A DNA stretch of 64,000 nucleotides from Epiperipatus broadwayi. Its lineage: Eukaryota; Animalia; Onychophora. The notes under the pieces are model-generated. The model saw nothing but the letters and a program-made list of their open reading frames with translations, had not been told where the DNA came from and made no database searches. Location: assembly GCA_028023455.1 (NCBI GenBank), contig JAQFVV010000011.1, positions 1,054,001 to 1,118,000 of the forward strand. Direction: 5' to 3'. The position numbers and the translations under genes were made by a program. This document shows positions 35,601-48,840 of this stretch, one piece after another (the stretch's first letter is position 1; every line of letters begins with the position of its first letter).

Positions 35601-38600
35601 TTTATTGTGGCTGGTATTGAATGCTATTGTAGCAATATAATAGACATAACTTTCTGAAAATTTACCAAATCACCTTTGATTAAAAATCTTTTAAAGATGT
35701 TTATTACATACTCTGGGTGTCAGAATAATGTGAATAACTGTTTGATGTCTATTCTATTAAACATAGTAGGAATTTAGTGAAATAAATCCAGAATCAATGT
35801 CAGAAACAATACTTCATGATTAGATTTGAATGATAATACTTTTCTTAATGATCATTCCATCAATGGTCACCTTTGTTACTACTCTATTTGGAGTGTCATC
35901 AACTATTAAAAATATGCAACCATTAAAAGGACTGATATTATTAATATGGATCCTCTGCCTTGGTTAGATGCCTTAAGCTAGGTTTTTCCAATAGCTTAAC
36001 TATATATCGACATGATTTATAGTGTAGTATATGTTTTCTGATTTTTTTATTAACATTGATCTACTAGAGCTCTTATTTTCCTTGAATGATCATGGTGAAA
36101 TAAAATAATCATTTTTATTATCCATTTGTTAGTATTACTGGTTAGTCACCATTTAATATACATTCTTTGCATATAGTAAGATTTTCTCTTGCTTTCTGAA
36201 AAGACAATCACAATGTTTTGGCCACTTTATTGGCCAACCCTCACTTATCTACTTAATTTAATGTTGATATCCTTCATCATTTTTTGGCCAGTTTAATACC
36301 ATTTTTCTGTTCAATTTATTTCATTGGAATTTATCAAAATAATTTTAGTTTTTGGTCTTTAGGATTCCAATTTATCAGGGATTTGTGACTATGCATTCTT
36401 ATCTTGGAATTAATTTCATCATTATATGCTGATGAAAATTTTAATCAATGCAGCATATATAAACTTAAAATGATTAAAAATTGTTTTCAAATGTGTAAAT
36501 ATGTCAAAAGAGATTTATGGCTTTAAAATTCAATCATTCAGATATAAGTTAAACTTCTTTATTCTGAATATTATAACAGAATTTCTTTATCCAACTGTCT
36601 CTATTTATTCTTGACACTGAACAATATTCAGACATAATCTATTGACTTTTTTTTCCAATTGATAGTATTGCTCATAATATGACATATTCAGAGACATATA
36701 TAGAGAGTATCCTCTAAACTGTTTTTATAGTGAACAATCAGCTTGTTTGCAATGAACAGAACATTAGATTTTTTTTTTAGGTTTCATTCTAGAATCATTT
36801 GCAATTTTTTCTTAACAAATCATATAATGTTAGGTATGTAAGTTTTCTAGAAATTCTCTAACTTTAAATTTTCTTATTGGTTTTCATTACTCATTTCTTT
36901 TCAGGAGCAGGTGAGTTATTTTCATCACAAATTATATGGCTAATACACTTCAGCTTGCAGGTATTTCAAATATATTGTAATCTTACAGATACAGTAAAAA
37001 TTTTATTGGCTTAATTTTTTATAGTTAAGCAAGTGTATTCAATGCTGTTATTGGTTCAGTAGCATATTATATAATCAATATCAAGTTTAAAAGTCTCTCA
37101 TATAATTTTTATAAAGCTTTAAGAATGGCATATCAAACAGACTTTATGATCAATGCTTATATAAAAATATGTATGCTTATTTTGTCATTATTCTTATTAA
37201 GACTAAAGCTGTTGAATTGTATAAATAAACAGATGTGTTCACAGACATAAAATAAATAATTTAATATAAAAATATTGAATAGAATTATAAATATAATATT
37301 ACAACACTAAAATATTTTAAAATAAAGTGGTTATATTTGAGATTACATTTTTATTTATGTGTAGAACAAACAGTTCTTACATTTTATATTTTGTACACGT
37401 GTGTGTGAAAGCTTACATGTTCAAATTTAGATTTAGAAAAATTAGTTTGAATTGATTTAGTTTGCTAGGATATTTATTAAATAATATTATTTATTAAAAG
37501 ATAAGTTTAAATTTAATTGAAATTAATATCTGAGAATTTTATAAGTTAATAAACATCACATAATCCCCATTTATAAGTTTATGATTTATTTTAAATAAAT
37601 ATTTGTAATATTATTTTTAAAACCCAGAAATAAAAATGAAGCCATTGAGAAAGACTGAAATTATTATTTTCCTTTTTATTCATTTTTGAATGGCGTTCGT
37701 AAAGTTTTACCATGTTGATTAAAAAATCTTAGCATCTATCATTTTGCCTGGCAATAACCATGCCAACCTCTTCCAGATTTTCTCAGAAAAATTCAAGATC
37801 AATCAGGTATAAAACTAAAATTTTGAAAAATCCAGACAGTCTTTACAAATTCTCATTGCAGTCAAAACATAAGCAGGTTCAAATTTTTAAGTAGCCATTT
37901 TGTTTACCATCTATGCGATGGTTGGCTAGGCTAAACAATAGGTATTTTGCCTTTGCTGGTTAAAAATGGATTCTCATTATACCAGGAAACATGAAAAATA
38001 GCAAATAAACCATGAAACCATCATTAATTAATTGTCATTTCTAGAAATCTCATTTATTGTAGTCAACTGTTATTGGAAATTGGATAAATTGACTTATGGA
38101 ATGCTGTCTCATAACTTCAAAAATAAAATGGTAAACTTTTTTAATTGGAATTAATAGTAAATAGCTGATATTATTGGAAAATTATATTTATTACTTTCAA
38201 ATAAGTTGCTGATGTTTATTTTCAAATTATTGTAAAATAATTGTTTTTTTCATTTTTTAAGAAAATATACATATTTGTCTCAATATTGTAAATTTATCTC
38301 ATCTTTAATTATGGAAGCAAAAAACCTTAAATAAGTTTTTCAAATCAAATATGCCTCCAAAAACTTTGTCACTTGGAGAAATGCTTAACTTTTAATTAAA
38401 AAATTAATGAAAATGACGTTGTTCATGAATGATAAACTGCTTGATTGATCAGATATACTTCAAATGAAAGAAAAGTACAGAATTCTAATCCTTTGGATAA
38501 AATGATAACATTTTTTCAGATGGATTAAATTGCTGCAGGGAATAAACTATGAATTTATCTTCAGTGTTTAAAGAAATGCATTATGGATTATAAATGCTAA

Positions 38601-40254
38601 ATATTTAAATATGATAAACGTCAAATTTATAAGTAGTCCTTAAAATGAATTAACGTGTTAAATATAGCTTACCTTATGAATGTATTAATTTTGATATTGT
38701 GCTTTAAAAAGGATATTACAAAATGGAATTAATTATGCTTTACATCATCTTTGATGCTGCCATTTTAAAAGTGTTTCTAAATTCCCAAAAACATTGGAAT
38801 TCTTTTCAGATATCAATATTTCATTGAATAAATTTTTAAATCATCGTAACCATTGGAGGATTATTTAATGCATTGCTTGCTTCTTAGTTAGTTAAGAAAA
38901 ATAATATTATTATTAATTTACTAAAGTTTCCTCAGATATTACTATGATAATGTACAGGTACTTTATTTAATGGTGTTAAATGTGATTTATCTTAGGTTTG
39001 GATAAATGTAAAACAACTATTAAACTTATATAAAACTGTGCTATATTGCAATTATTATATATTTTATGGGTTCTTAAGTTTTAATCTCAAAGTTAAATGG
39101 AGTTAATAATTACAATTAGTATGTTTTTTAGAGTATGTTTACAGCTTGTGTTATGCGACTATTTTTTTTTTCAGCAGAACATTCCTTATGAGGTTTTGGT
39201 TTCTCTGCTTTTCAAAATATATGCTTGCATCTGTGGACTATACTGTTTTTGGATGTTCTAGATTGGTCTAGTACTATTTCATAAGTTTTTCTTTTTTATC
39301 AGCTTCATTACATGAAGACTTTTTTATCAGCTTGTAAATTGCTGTCTCAATTTTTTTTTTATCATTCATGCCCAGAGAATCGATTCAAGAAATACTCCTT
39401 TAGAAATCTTCTATATGGACAATTTTTAGCCAATTCTCTAACTTCTAATTCTCTCTTGTTTCTATTTGAAATGTAGATTGGCTGCATGACTTGAGCATAA
39501 AGGGTTAAAACAGTCATTAAATTTATTCATTATTTTTTTGTAAGAGATTTTTTATTTATTTAACCATTATAAACGATTAATAAGTTTGGTCGCTTCTTGC
39601 CCTTCAATGTATAGTGAATGGCATTTCTATCTTGGATTTTAGTTTTTCTTGATTTTGTTTATAAGAATTTCATTCAGCTAGTTTTTTGATATAATACTTA
39701 TTAATCAGAATATGTGACACCTTTGTAAATTGTATTCTAATTTACTGGTTATTATTATTAAGCAGAAGTATGAAGTCAAGCTTCCACTCCCCTTCTGTAA
39801 TGCTGATTGATTTTAGAGGTTAAATTTCAGCATTTCTGGCTATTACAGTGTTCAAAATCCCATTAATGTGTCAGTTACATTGACCAATCTGTAGCGAGAA
39901 ATGGACAAATTTTATTGCAGTTGGACTCTTCACAACTGAATTTTTCACACATACTAACACATACTATATATGTTTTCTTATTGCCTCTCTCATCTCAACT
40001 CCAGTATGTCACAACCATCCACCAGTGCAGAAACTCAGAATACCCTCTCTCATTATGCATGGATCTCACAAATAGGCTCAGCACTTCAGAAGAACTAGAC
40101 TTATCAAACAATGGAATCTCCATATTCTTGATGATAGCTAAATGTCCTTCATCATATCACTCTAATGCAAGGTAGGAACTAATTTCTATTTACTTTCTAT
40201 ATCTTATGAAAGAGTGAACCATCAATGCATCATAGTTATATATATTTTAAAACA

Positions 40255-40405
40255 TGCAAAACTCTCCATACAGTAGTGCCTCTCAATGCAAGTCAGAGTA
40301 ATCAATGGATGCCAGAAGGCTTGTGCATAAAATCCCTATCTAGTGCCTACTCATCCAATATCCCCAGACTAGTTTCTGGCTTGTGGCCTTCGTCAGTGAG
40401 GAGCC
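40255..40405 (-). mobile_element. Family C copy with minimal HHR
   Basis: Minus strand 40360-40402 reads CCUCA-CUGACGA-A-GGC-CACAA-GCC-A-GAAA-CUAG-UC-UGGGG; near-identical to 2600-2690. Confidence 0.8.
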
Positions 40406-40503
40406 TTGGATCTGAAAGCACTGCACCTAGATTTTAGGATCTAATGCAACTCTCCAGGAGCCACCTTTTATCTCTGCTTAACTACAAAACTATGAGAATA
40501 AAA

Positions 40504-40821
40504 TTTTGAAAACACAATAATATTTTCAATCTAAGGTCAATAGCTTATATAGTCATATGGGTCTGAATTCAGTTCAGCACCCTTTAATAACCACTACTGT
40601 TTGGAGAGTTTTGCCTGTTTTAATAACAGTTATGAGCAAGCATAAGAAATGATGATCATGTGATGTTTAGTGGTTTAATACCAATCCTGTCTAATAGGAT
40701 AGTGGTCGCTATGGTTATTAAAGAACCAAAGACACCAAAATGTATGGGTACTGAACTGAGTTCAGACCCATATTACTATATAAGCTATTGAGCTTAGATT
40801 GAAAATATTGTGTTTTCAAAA
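40504..40821. repeat. Fold-back element with about 77-bp inverted arms enclosing family C-related sequence
   Basis: Arms 40504-40581 / 40746-40821 (TTTTGAAAACACAAT...CAGTTCAGCACC / GGTACTGAACTG...ATTGTGTTTTCAAAA). Confidence 0.75.
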
Positions 40822-41652
40822 CATGATTTTTATGTATGGTATACTTTTTTAAAATTTTGAGTGATTCACGTATTGTAAAAACCACATGATAATGCATTAA
40901 TTATATATTGGACATTTTCCATCATCTAATATTAAAGATTGAATGTCTTTAGAAAAAATGTAAACTTTACAAATACATTCAATTTCAGGAATAACACATA
41001 GATTAGTATATAACATAATATTTCGAGTGGTATTATTTTGCTCTCTTCTTCATGTGTTGCTTGCTGGCTTGACCAGTAATAATACTAACGTGGGAACCGA
41101 ACTTGGATCTTTAGATTCATGAATATTGAAGTTAATATAAAACTCTAACCAACAGAATTATTTGAAAATATTTTCGTAAAATGTATATTACTGAAACATC
41201 TTATTTCTTCAACAAATTTTTTTAAAAATAAATGCCCTGCAAGCAATAGTTTGTAATTACATACTACTGAATTTTAAAAAAGGGGGTATTTTTTCTCTCC
41301 TTTTTTATATACCGGTTGTTAAGTTAAATTTCAAATTTCATCAATGTGATAAGAAGGGGGGGGGACGACGACAAAAATTGCTTTGAATAATTTGAAAACA
41401 AATTACATAAAAGATTTATACAATTATTACGTACAATTAAAATAAGATCTTACCAATTAATAAAAAATGATTACATAAAATTCAAATATTGGGAGTAAAA
41501 TGTTGGACTGTTGAATGTAAAGTACAACCCAGAATTAAACTACAACGTTAAAAATGATTGTCTTTTTTTATTAGTTTACTTTTGTTGGAAGTGAAAGAAG
41601 AACATATAATAAAATTAATTGTTTTGCATTAAATTCATTAAGTGAATAATCT

Positions 41653-41770
41653 CTTTTTTTTTCTCCATAGGTCATACCATCGACCGGGAGGCGAAACCGC
41701 AACAACCGTCTGCAACCAAATGCGTGCTTGTAAGGCGGCTGCGCTAACCTCTCGGCTAACGACGCTTGAC
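41653..41770 (-). mobile_element. tRNA-derived poly(A) SINE (family E)
   Basis: Minus strand A-box TAGCCGAGAGG, B-box-like GGTTTCGCCTCC, A-rich tail; 13-bp TSD AAGTGAATAATCT (41640-41652, 41771-41783). Confidence 0.88.
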
Positions 41771-42137
41771 AAGTGAATAATCTATTGTCTATTGAATGAC
41801 TAATAAAAATTATTAATATACTATTAACTATATGGTTAGATGAAAAAATCTAGAAATTCTACAACACCATTTAATTACCAGGGGATGTTAGTTAATTATA
41901 AGTATGTATTTCCAATTAAAAAAATCCATTATACACTAGAAAATCAAGGAAAGTACTTAACTAGAAGAGAGAATGCAATTGAAGTGCTGGTCAAGTACTA
42001 ATAATAGATTCTTTCTTTACACAAGATGCCATTTGCTTAAAAATAAAATAACATTTAAGGGTAAAGGTATCTTTAACAGCACCTCAAAGAGGAACCAAGA
42101 ATAAGGCTGCATTCACATGATGTCCAATTGTTGGGTG

Positions 42138-42672
42138 CAGGGCCGGATCCAATAAGTGCGGGGTCCTATTGGATTTTTTTTGCGGGGCCCTCTATACGTA
42201 TATTAAATATTTAAATAAAATGCAAATTCAATATATATAAATCAAATATCATGGATCATAAGATAGGTAAATTTCTACATACATTAAAAAATAAAAATGC
42301 ACAAAATGCAAAAACAATTCCATTTTATTGAATATAAATTTACATCATTGAATATGAATATATGCATTTAGATAGTACTATCCGATTAATTAAACGTTAG
42401 TCAAAAACGATACTTACGGGTATCCGTTTTCTATATTATAATGTATATATATTATAATAAACACAATAATAAATCTCAAGCATGAATGCGAACTTAAAAT
42501 AAATATATTTTTAATTATTTGAATAATTTATAATTTATCCTTGATTGTCAAAAGCAATTTGCTTTAAATTTCGAAAAATAACTTTTTGTTAATTTTGGTG
42601 GTAATGCGGGGCAACTTCAAGTGCGGGGCCCGATTGGGCCCAATCACTCCAATCACCTTAAATCCGGCCCCG
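42138..42672. mobile_element. hAT-type MITE
   Basis: TIRs CAGGGCCGGAT / ATCCGGCCCCG; exact 8-bp TSD GTTGGGTG (42130-42137, 42673-42680); subterminal GCGGGGCCC motifs. Confidence 0.92.
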
Positions 42673-43925
42673 GTTGGGTGGCATGGGTTGGGCATTTTCC
42701 TATCCTTGTTTTAACTGCTACCTATGAATAAATGAATATCCTCTTATTGACAAATTTTGTATAGTTAGCTGAGTTAGTTATGAGACAATTACCCGAGATA
42801 AAAATCTTGAATCTTTTGAAATTTTTTTATTTAGTCTGGATTCGAACCAGAAGTCATCAGATGTGTTATCTCTGCCCCATGAGACTTGATACTAATATTT
42901 TCTGTAAAGAAATATACAAAATAAAATATGTTATCATTTTAACAATTCTTTTTTTTTTTTAAGTTTGCAATTAGTTTTTACCCCATTAATACATCATTAT
43001 TTAAGCGTTAGATTAATCAATGTTACATAATATTTTAGACTAAAGAGAAACGTCTGTACTGTCTAATATAAATAGTAATAAGCCAGTAATATTACGTGAT
43101 CTTGGTTTTGATATATTTCATAGCAGTCATGTTTATAAACTATATATTTTTTGTATAAAATCTGTAAATTTCAGTCAATTTAAATAAATGTGCACAAAAC
43201 TAACAAAAATTTTAATTGGCTGTATCGGTCTCTTTATATGATTTATATATCTTACCCAGATTTAAATTTACGGAAATGTAAAACTAATTAATTTCAGATA
43301 TTAATTTTATACTTTCCCAAAGCAATTATGAATTTAAGATTTAAATGTATATGTCCACCTGATATCTAATCGCTCACTACATTTAATTACTGTACCAGAA
43401 ATATACATTCAGTTACTGATTTCACATTTAATTAATGTAATCTTCGTTTTCATTTTCAATGCAGTTATTTAATAATAAACCGCATTACTCATTTAATATT
43501 TTTCACTTAATTACTCTCTCGTTAAGTACCAGATAAGTTAATATCATATTTTTTAAAAAATATTTTTTCCTTAATTTAATTATGATGATGATTACCACAG
43601 CAATTTTTGTTCTTTAATAACGAAATCAATTGTAATGAAAGTTATTACTTTTATTTAATTATTTAACCCTTTCATGTCAAGATGCAATTATTTAAATGAC
43701 TGGTTTGATTTGCATATTAAAAAAAAAGCAGCACAATTTTATAATAGATATGTATAATTGCAAATGTGAGTATATTTATATGGGTGTATATATAAATATG
43801 CATATGTGCTAAGTTCTCTTCTTAAAGAGGGGTTGGGATAATTAGGCAACATGGGACAATTGGTAGTTTGCTGTTCAACTCTTAAAATAAGTCCTTAATG
43901 AAGCCTTATATATAAAAAAATAAAC

Positions 43926-44038
43926 ATTTTTTCCCCCATATGTCATAGCATCGGCCGGGACGCGAACCCACAACTGTCTGCAACCAACTACTTGCTTGCA
44001 AGGCGGTTGCGATGACCTCTCGGCTAACGAAATGTTGA
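43926..44038 (-). mobile_element. tRNA-derived SINE (family E)
   Basis: Minus strand TAGCCGAGAGG...GGGTTCGCGTCCCGGCCGATGCT; no clear TSD. Confidence 0.82.
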
Positions 44039-45108
44039 ATACATCACGCGTGGCAAATGTTAGCCGATTATCCCATTTATTTAATATTTTGTGATGCTAT
44101 TTTTATCCTGCATCAAACTTTTTTTCTGTGAGAACAACTTACTTAAGGTAGTCTTATCCTTCCATTGAAAGCAATCAATATTGTATTTCTATAAAGTATT
44201 TTTGAAACAATCTTTATAATATAAATGGGACCTATCTCACTTATCATACTCAAGTTGATCTATTATAAAATATTTTATTAGAAAATCTTGTATCATTTTC
44301 ACATGTCGAATCCAGTGAAGATGCGATTTTATAATAATAGAATCTGATCCAATAAATATATTCTTCAACAAACTGAAGAATATGTAAATTAGTCTTATGA
44401 TCTTGCAATTATATTTGTAGAATATAATGAAGCATACTTGAATGAAAATTTTCAAATACCTTTATATTATACCAATCGGTACAGTAAACTTTATCCAAAA
44501 AATTATTGGAAGTAATGGTCTTGTTTTTGTAAACTCAAGTAATCTGTTATTATTGAATTTTTGCACAACCCATGGATTGATTATCAGGAACATTTTGTGT
44601 AGATAGAAAAATGGCTGTAACGAAACATGAACGCATTCATACTCAAAACAATGGCATCTAATAGAGTACATTATAATTAAGAATTAGAATGCAAAAGAAA
44701 AGTTATACTGTGGTGGTAGCATGCAATGGCAGATTAAAACCTAACATTAGCAAAATAATCTGCATCCCAATTATTAAGTGCTTTCAGGAAATGATCTTAA
44801 TATACATGATAAAACAAAAATCAGAGAGTTGGGATAGAGGGAGCTAATGTCATTTTCAGAAAGAACTATTATAGAAGAGAGAGGTATTATTTTAAAAAAG
44901 AAAAAAACACAAACTACTTACACATAATTTATTTAATGTTTCCACACACTCTAAATTTTAAAGAAGATATTTAAAATTTTTATTTGTTAATATATCTTCC
45001 TTATCTTCCATTTAATTACAACTACCAAAGTTTCTTGTGCAAAATGATTTTTTTTTTTTAGTTCGTAAAATAATTTATTTTTATGAAAAGTTTACTAAAG
45101 GAGTTTTT

Positions 45109-45331
45109 CGAACTCAGACTTTCATACGACCTACTACTCTTAATGCCATCTCATATTGCTGACCCACCTGATCACACACATGTTGAAAAAATAAATAATC
45201 ACCAATATACGTATTTCATGATAAACCAGCAATATGAGATGGCATTGAGAGTAGTGGGTCATGTGAAAGTCTGAGTTCGAATCCCGCATATATTACATAT
45301 ATAAATGCAGGTTTAAGCCTGTACAATGTAT
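45109..45331. mobile_element. Family A inverted insertion
   Basis: Minus arm (includes the 3' half of the HHR) is joined at CAGCA microhomology to a plus arm with B-box GAGTTCGAATCCC and the 3' end. 13-bp TSD TAAAGGAGTTTTT (45096-45108, 45332-45344). Confidence 0.85.
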
Positions 45332-45641
45332 TAAAGGAGTTTTTATAAAAAATAATTTGAAGCTATATGTATGTTAAATTCTTTGTCTGAATGTATATAG
45401 AGATACCCAGGCAATCACGAATTATGTCCTGCCATCACTATTTGTTCTAACAACTCCATGTTCATATCCATATTATAACGTTAATAAAATCTTTATATTA
45501 TTAAGTCATCTATCCACAATTTATTTTATTTTAATTTTTTTTTTTTTTGAGAATGTGTTCTTTTAATGATGTAAATTGTTTTTATTATTTATAAATTTAT
45601 ACATAAATTTTATGCCTATAAATAAGCACTTTTTACAATTA

Positions 45642-46603
45642 CACCTGGGTCTCTTTTTATGCGGATTTATTTAATGCGATTTTGAAGTTACGCGATTCAC
45701 GTTTCTCTGGAAGTCGAACTTCGATAATGCACTATTACTTTAAATAATAAATTTTGCGCACTTACGTTATATTGAAAGTAATAACACATTATTGGAATTC
45801 GACTTTCATCTTAGTAATTTCAATATTTTCAGTGCTTTATAATAGTAAGATTTTATGCAATAATGAAATTAAAATCATGATTTCCACATTTTATGTATAC
45901 ACACATTAAATTTTACAAGATTATAATGTAAATTTGTTTAAACATTGTGCGTGTTAATTTTGCATTTTAAATCACATTCTGTTTTTGCTTTTTAAAAAAG
46001 AACGTAATCAATTATTAATCATTGTGTCCGCAAGTTTATTTTTAAAAGGTGAGTAATAGCAGTGGGCACAATTAAAATTGAAAATTAAAAAATTAAAGAC
46101 AAAAATAAGAATTTAATTTTAGTTGTTAGATTAATTACTAATTATGTTGTCACCAGAAAACCATTAACACTTCATGAGAGTGACATTAGCGCTAGTTGTA
46201 TTTCCTCTTATGAAGAATCTGATTTTTTATCAGTTTGCAAATGAACCTGTTTATCGGCAAGTAACGATAATAATTAAAACATGTATAAAAAATGTAAATT
46301 ACTGTAAATTATGCATAAAAATATATTTTTTTGAATAAAATTAAATATTATAGTTAAAAAAAGTTTGTCGTGTATCAATTTTTTTCAAATTTGAAATTTT
46401 TTATTAGTCATATTTTATTTCCTTATTTTATTTAGTGTGAATTTTAAAGTAATTTTACATTGGTGCTTTGCTTTTACGCAATTTTTGAAAAATCACAGTC
46501 CATATCCCCCCTTTTTCAAGGTAAGTTACGTCTATTTTTGCGCGATTTCGTTTGCGCGTGTTTTCTGAGGAACCTATCTATCGCGTAAAGTGAGACCCAG
46601 GTG
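45642..46603. mobile_element. Tc1/mariner-superfamily (pogo/Tigger-like) non-autonomous element
   Basis: TIRs CACCTGGGTCTCTTTTTATGCG / CGCGTAAAGTGAGACCCAGGTG (19/22 match); TA TSD on both sides. Confidence 0.88.
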
Positions 46604-47092
46604 TATTTATTTTTGTTTATCTAAATAAAGCCTTTGCCATTTTTTGTTGTCATTTTGTTTTGTTTACAGAAGTATTTAATATTCTGAGGCAGAAATTTAT
46701 TGCCAAATTCTGTCTTTCAAAACTTTATGAAAATGTTCAACTTTACTAATATTTAGGTTGATCTCTTGGATTGACCTTTTGTTTTATCTAGCTAAAATCA
46801 ATGCAAAAATGGAAGAAAAGTAGCATATATATAAACAATTAAATGATTACTTGCTCAACAGATTTTGTAACAAAATGGCAGGTGGGGTTCAATCCAAAAA
46901 TCTTTAGCACTCAAATTCATTATGGTATCACTAAGCTAATTTCAGTTTGGTCACTAGAGTGAAATTGTTTGTGTGCTGTATTCAAATGTCATTCTTTCTG
47001 GCTGCTTTGTGAGTTTACATTACTCAAGTACAAAAAATTTTTGCCACTCACTCTGAATTATTATGATTAATCTATCACAGGAAAAGATGGAA

Positions 47093-47382
47093 ATATAAAC
47101 TAAGTTAAAATCTATATTTGTATTTCTAATGTTTACAAATTTATTCTTCTTGCTTTTATATATGAAAATTCTTTCACAATATCATTCGAATCTAAATTTT
47201 ATATACTTCACTTTCTATACTTAGATATATCAAATGATATAAACTAAGTTAAAATCTAATATTTGTATTTCTAATGTTTACAAATTTATTCTTCATGCTT
47301 CTATATATGAAAATTCTTTCACAATATCATTCAAATCTAAATCTTTATATACTTCATTTTCTATACTTAGATGTATCAAATG
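47093..47382. repeat. Near-identical tandem duplication, period 144 bp
   Basis: ATATAAACTAAGTTAAAATCTA at 47093 and 47237; abuts the RTE remnant. Confidence 0.9.
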
Positions 47383-48840
47383 ATTTAAAGAATGCAGTAT
47401 TAATATTAATATTTAAAAAAGGCAGTAAAGAAGATAGAAATTACAGACTCGTCTACAGCAAAATTTGAATTTTAATCAACTAAAAGAACAAACTGGATTT
47501 AAAAGTGGTTTTAGTATAGTGGATCATATCCAAGTGTTGAAAGAAGTTATATAAAAGACCAATGAATATTAGTTGCCATTATGCTTTGGATTTGTAGATT
47601 ATGAAAAGAAAGTTGAATCTATAAGCATTTCTACAGTAGTTAAAGCATTGGATCATTAGGACAAAAATCAAGATATTGTCATATTTCTGAAGAATATTTA
47701 AATTAATGCTTATTTACATATTATTAAGTTTCAGTTGGAATGACGTTTAGTAAATTCTAGATAATTTCACCGACGTCATTCATTCAGACATTATATATAG
47801 TAATTTAAAGTGACTGTTCCATCATCACGCTTTGTTTGCTAGTACTTCAGATTTGCTCATATATAAGTATTTGAGTCGTAGGAATAAGAGGATTTCTTTT
47901 ATTCCTGCATAAATACTATATCTTGTATTGGTGAGAAAGTATTCATTTATTATTAACACTCGCAAAGCGTATGCACAATTAGCGTGAAAGGCTGATATTT
48001 AACTGAAGAATATTTATGAAAATGCAATCTGAATGGTGTATGACAGGTGACTCTTTACCTCCAAAACTTTTTTCTAGTAAGAAGTATTTTGTGGATTAAA
48101 ATGAGAAGCTATGAATTTAAAAATAAATTGGGATTATTCAAGTCGTCTAGATTTTTCAGTTGGTGTAATTGTTTAGCAAATAATGCTTCAGAGTTACAGG
48201 AAATGTTGCAAGAGTTGTCAGATGAAAGTAAGAAAATAGTTTTAAGGGTAAATATTAAAAAGATTAAAACTATGTTTGATGGATTTTCTCAAAATAAGAA
48301 AATAAAAATTGATAATGTTGAGTTAGAAGTTAATAACTAAAAATTAATTGGTGAGATTATTAATACAGATAGAAATATAATGGATGAAATTAATCAAGGA
48401 ATTAAACTTGGATGGATAATCGAATATTAAAAAATAAATGCCTATGAATTTGTAAAGAAAGTTTTTTAATAAATGTTTTACCTGTTCTTACTTATGAATC
48501 TGAAAATTGGACACTTAAAAACAGAGCAATACAGAGATTTCACACTACTCAACAAAACATGGAGAAATATAGTTAGGAGTAATAAAAAGGATCAAAAATG
48601 AAATACAAGGATGAGAGATCAAAAAGATTTTTCTAGAAGAGATGATAATAAACAAACAATTGAAATCTTAAACTGGATTCCCAAGGGATTGTAAAATACA
48701 TAGAAAGAGACCACAAATAATATAGATGAATGAAATAAGGAAGTGGACAAAGTGGAAAAGAGAGGTTAGAGATCAGTAAAACTGGATTAAATTTGGAGAG
48801 ACTTTTAGGAGATCGATAAGGATTTAAAATGATAATGAAG
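47370..48840 (+). mobile_element. RTE-clade LINE remnant (RT to 3' end)
   Basis: NAVLILIFKKGSKEDRNYR, EQTGFKSGFSIVDHIQVL, LCFGFVDYEKK, GDSLPPKLF (about 48045), ELQEMLQELSDESKK, WIPR; GAT-rich 3' tail at about 48825-48845. Heavily decayed, possibly with an internal insertion at 47720-47990. Confidence 0.85.

Noticed and set aside
35300-36700. Possible minus-strand CR1/L2-like RT relic (similar weak signals at 2950-3440 and 57600-58000)
   Set aside because: Only scattered 3-5 residue resemblances; it cannot be supported without a profile search.
41653-41770. Functional tRNA gene
   Set aside because: No coherent anticodon arm, an oversized middle region, a poly(A) tail with TSD and diverged multiple copies indicate a SINE.
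48002-48032. HHR-like CUGAAGA-AUAUUUAU-GAAA
   Set aside because: Lies in the RTE coding frame (LKNIYENA); stems I and III do not pair.
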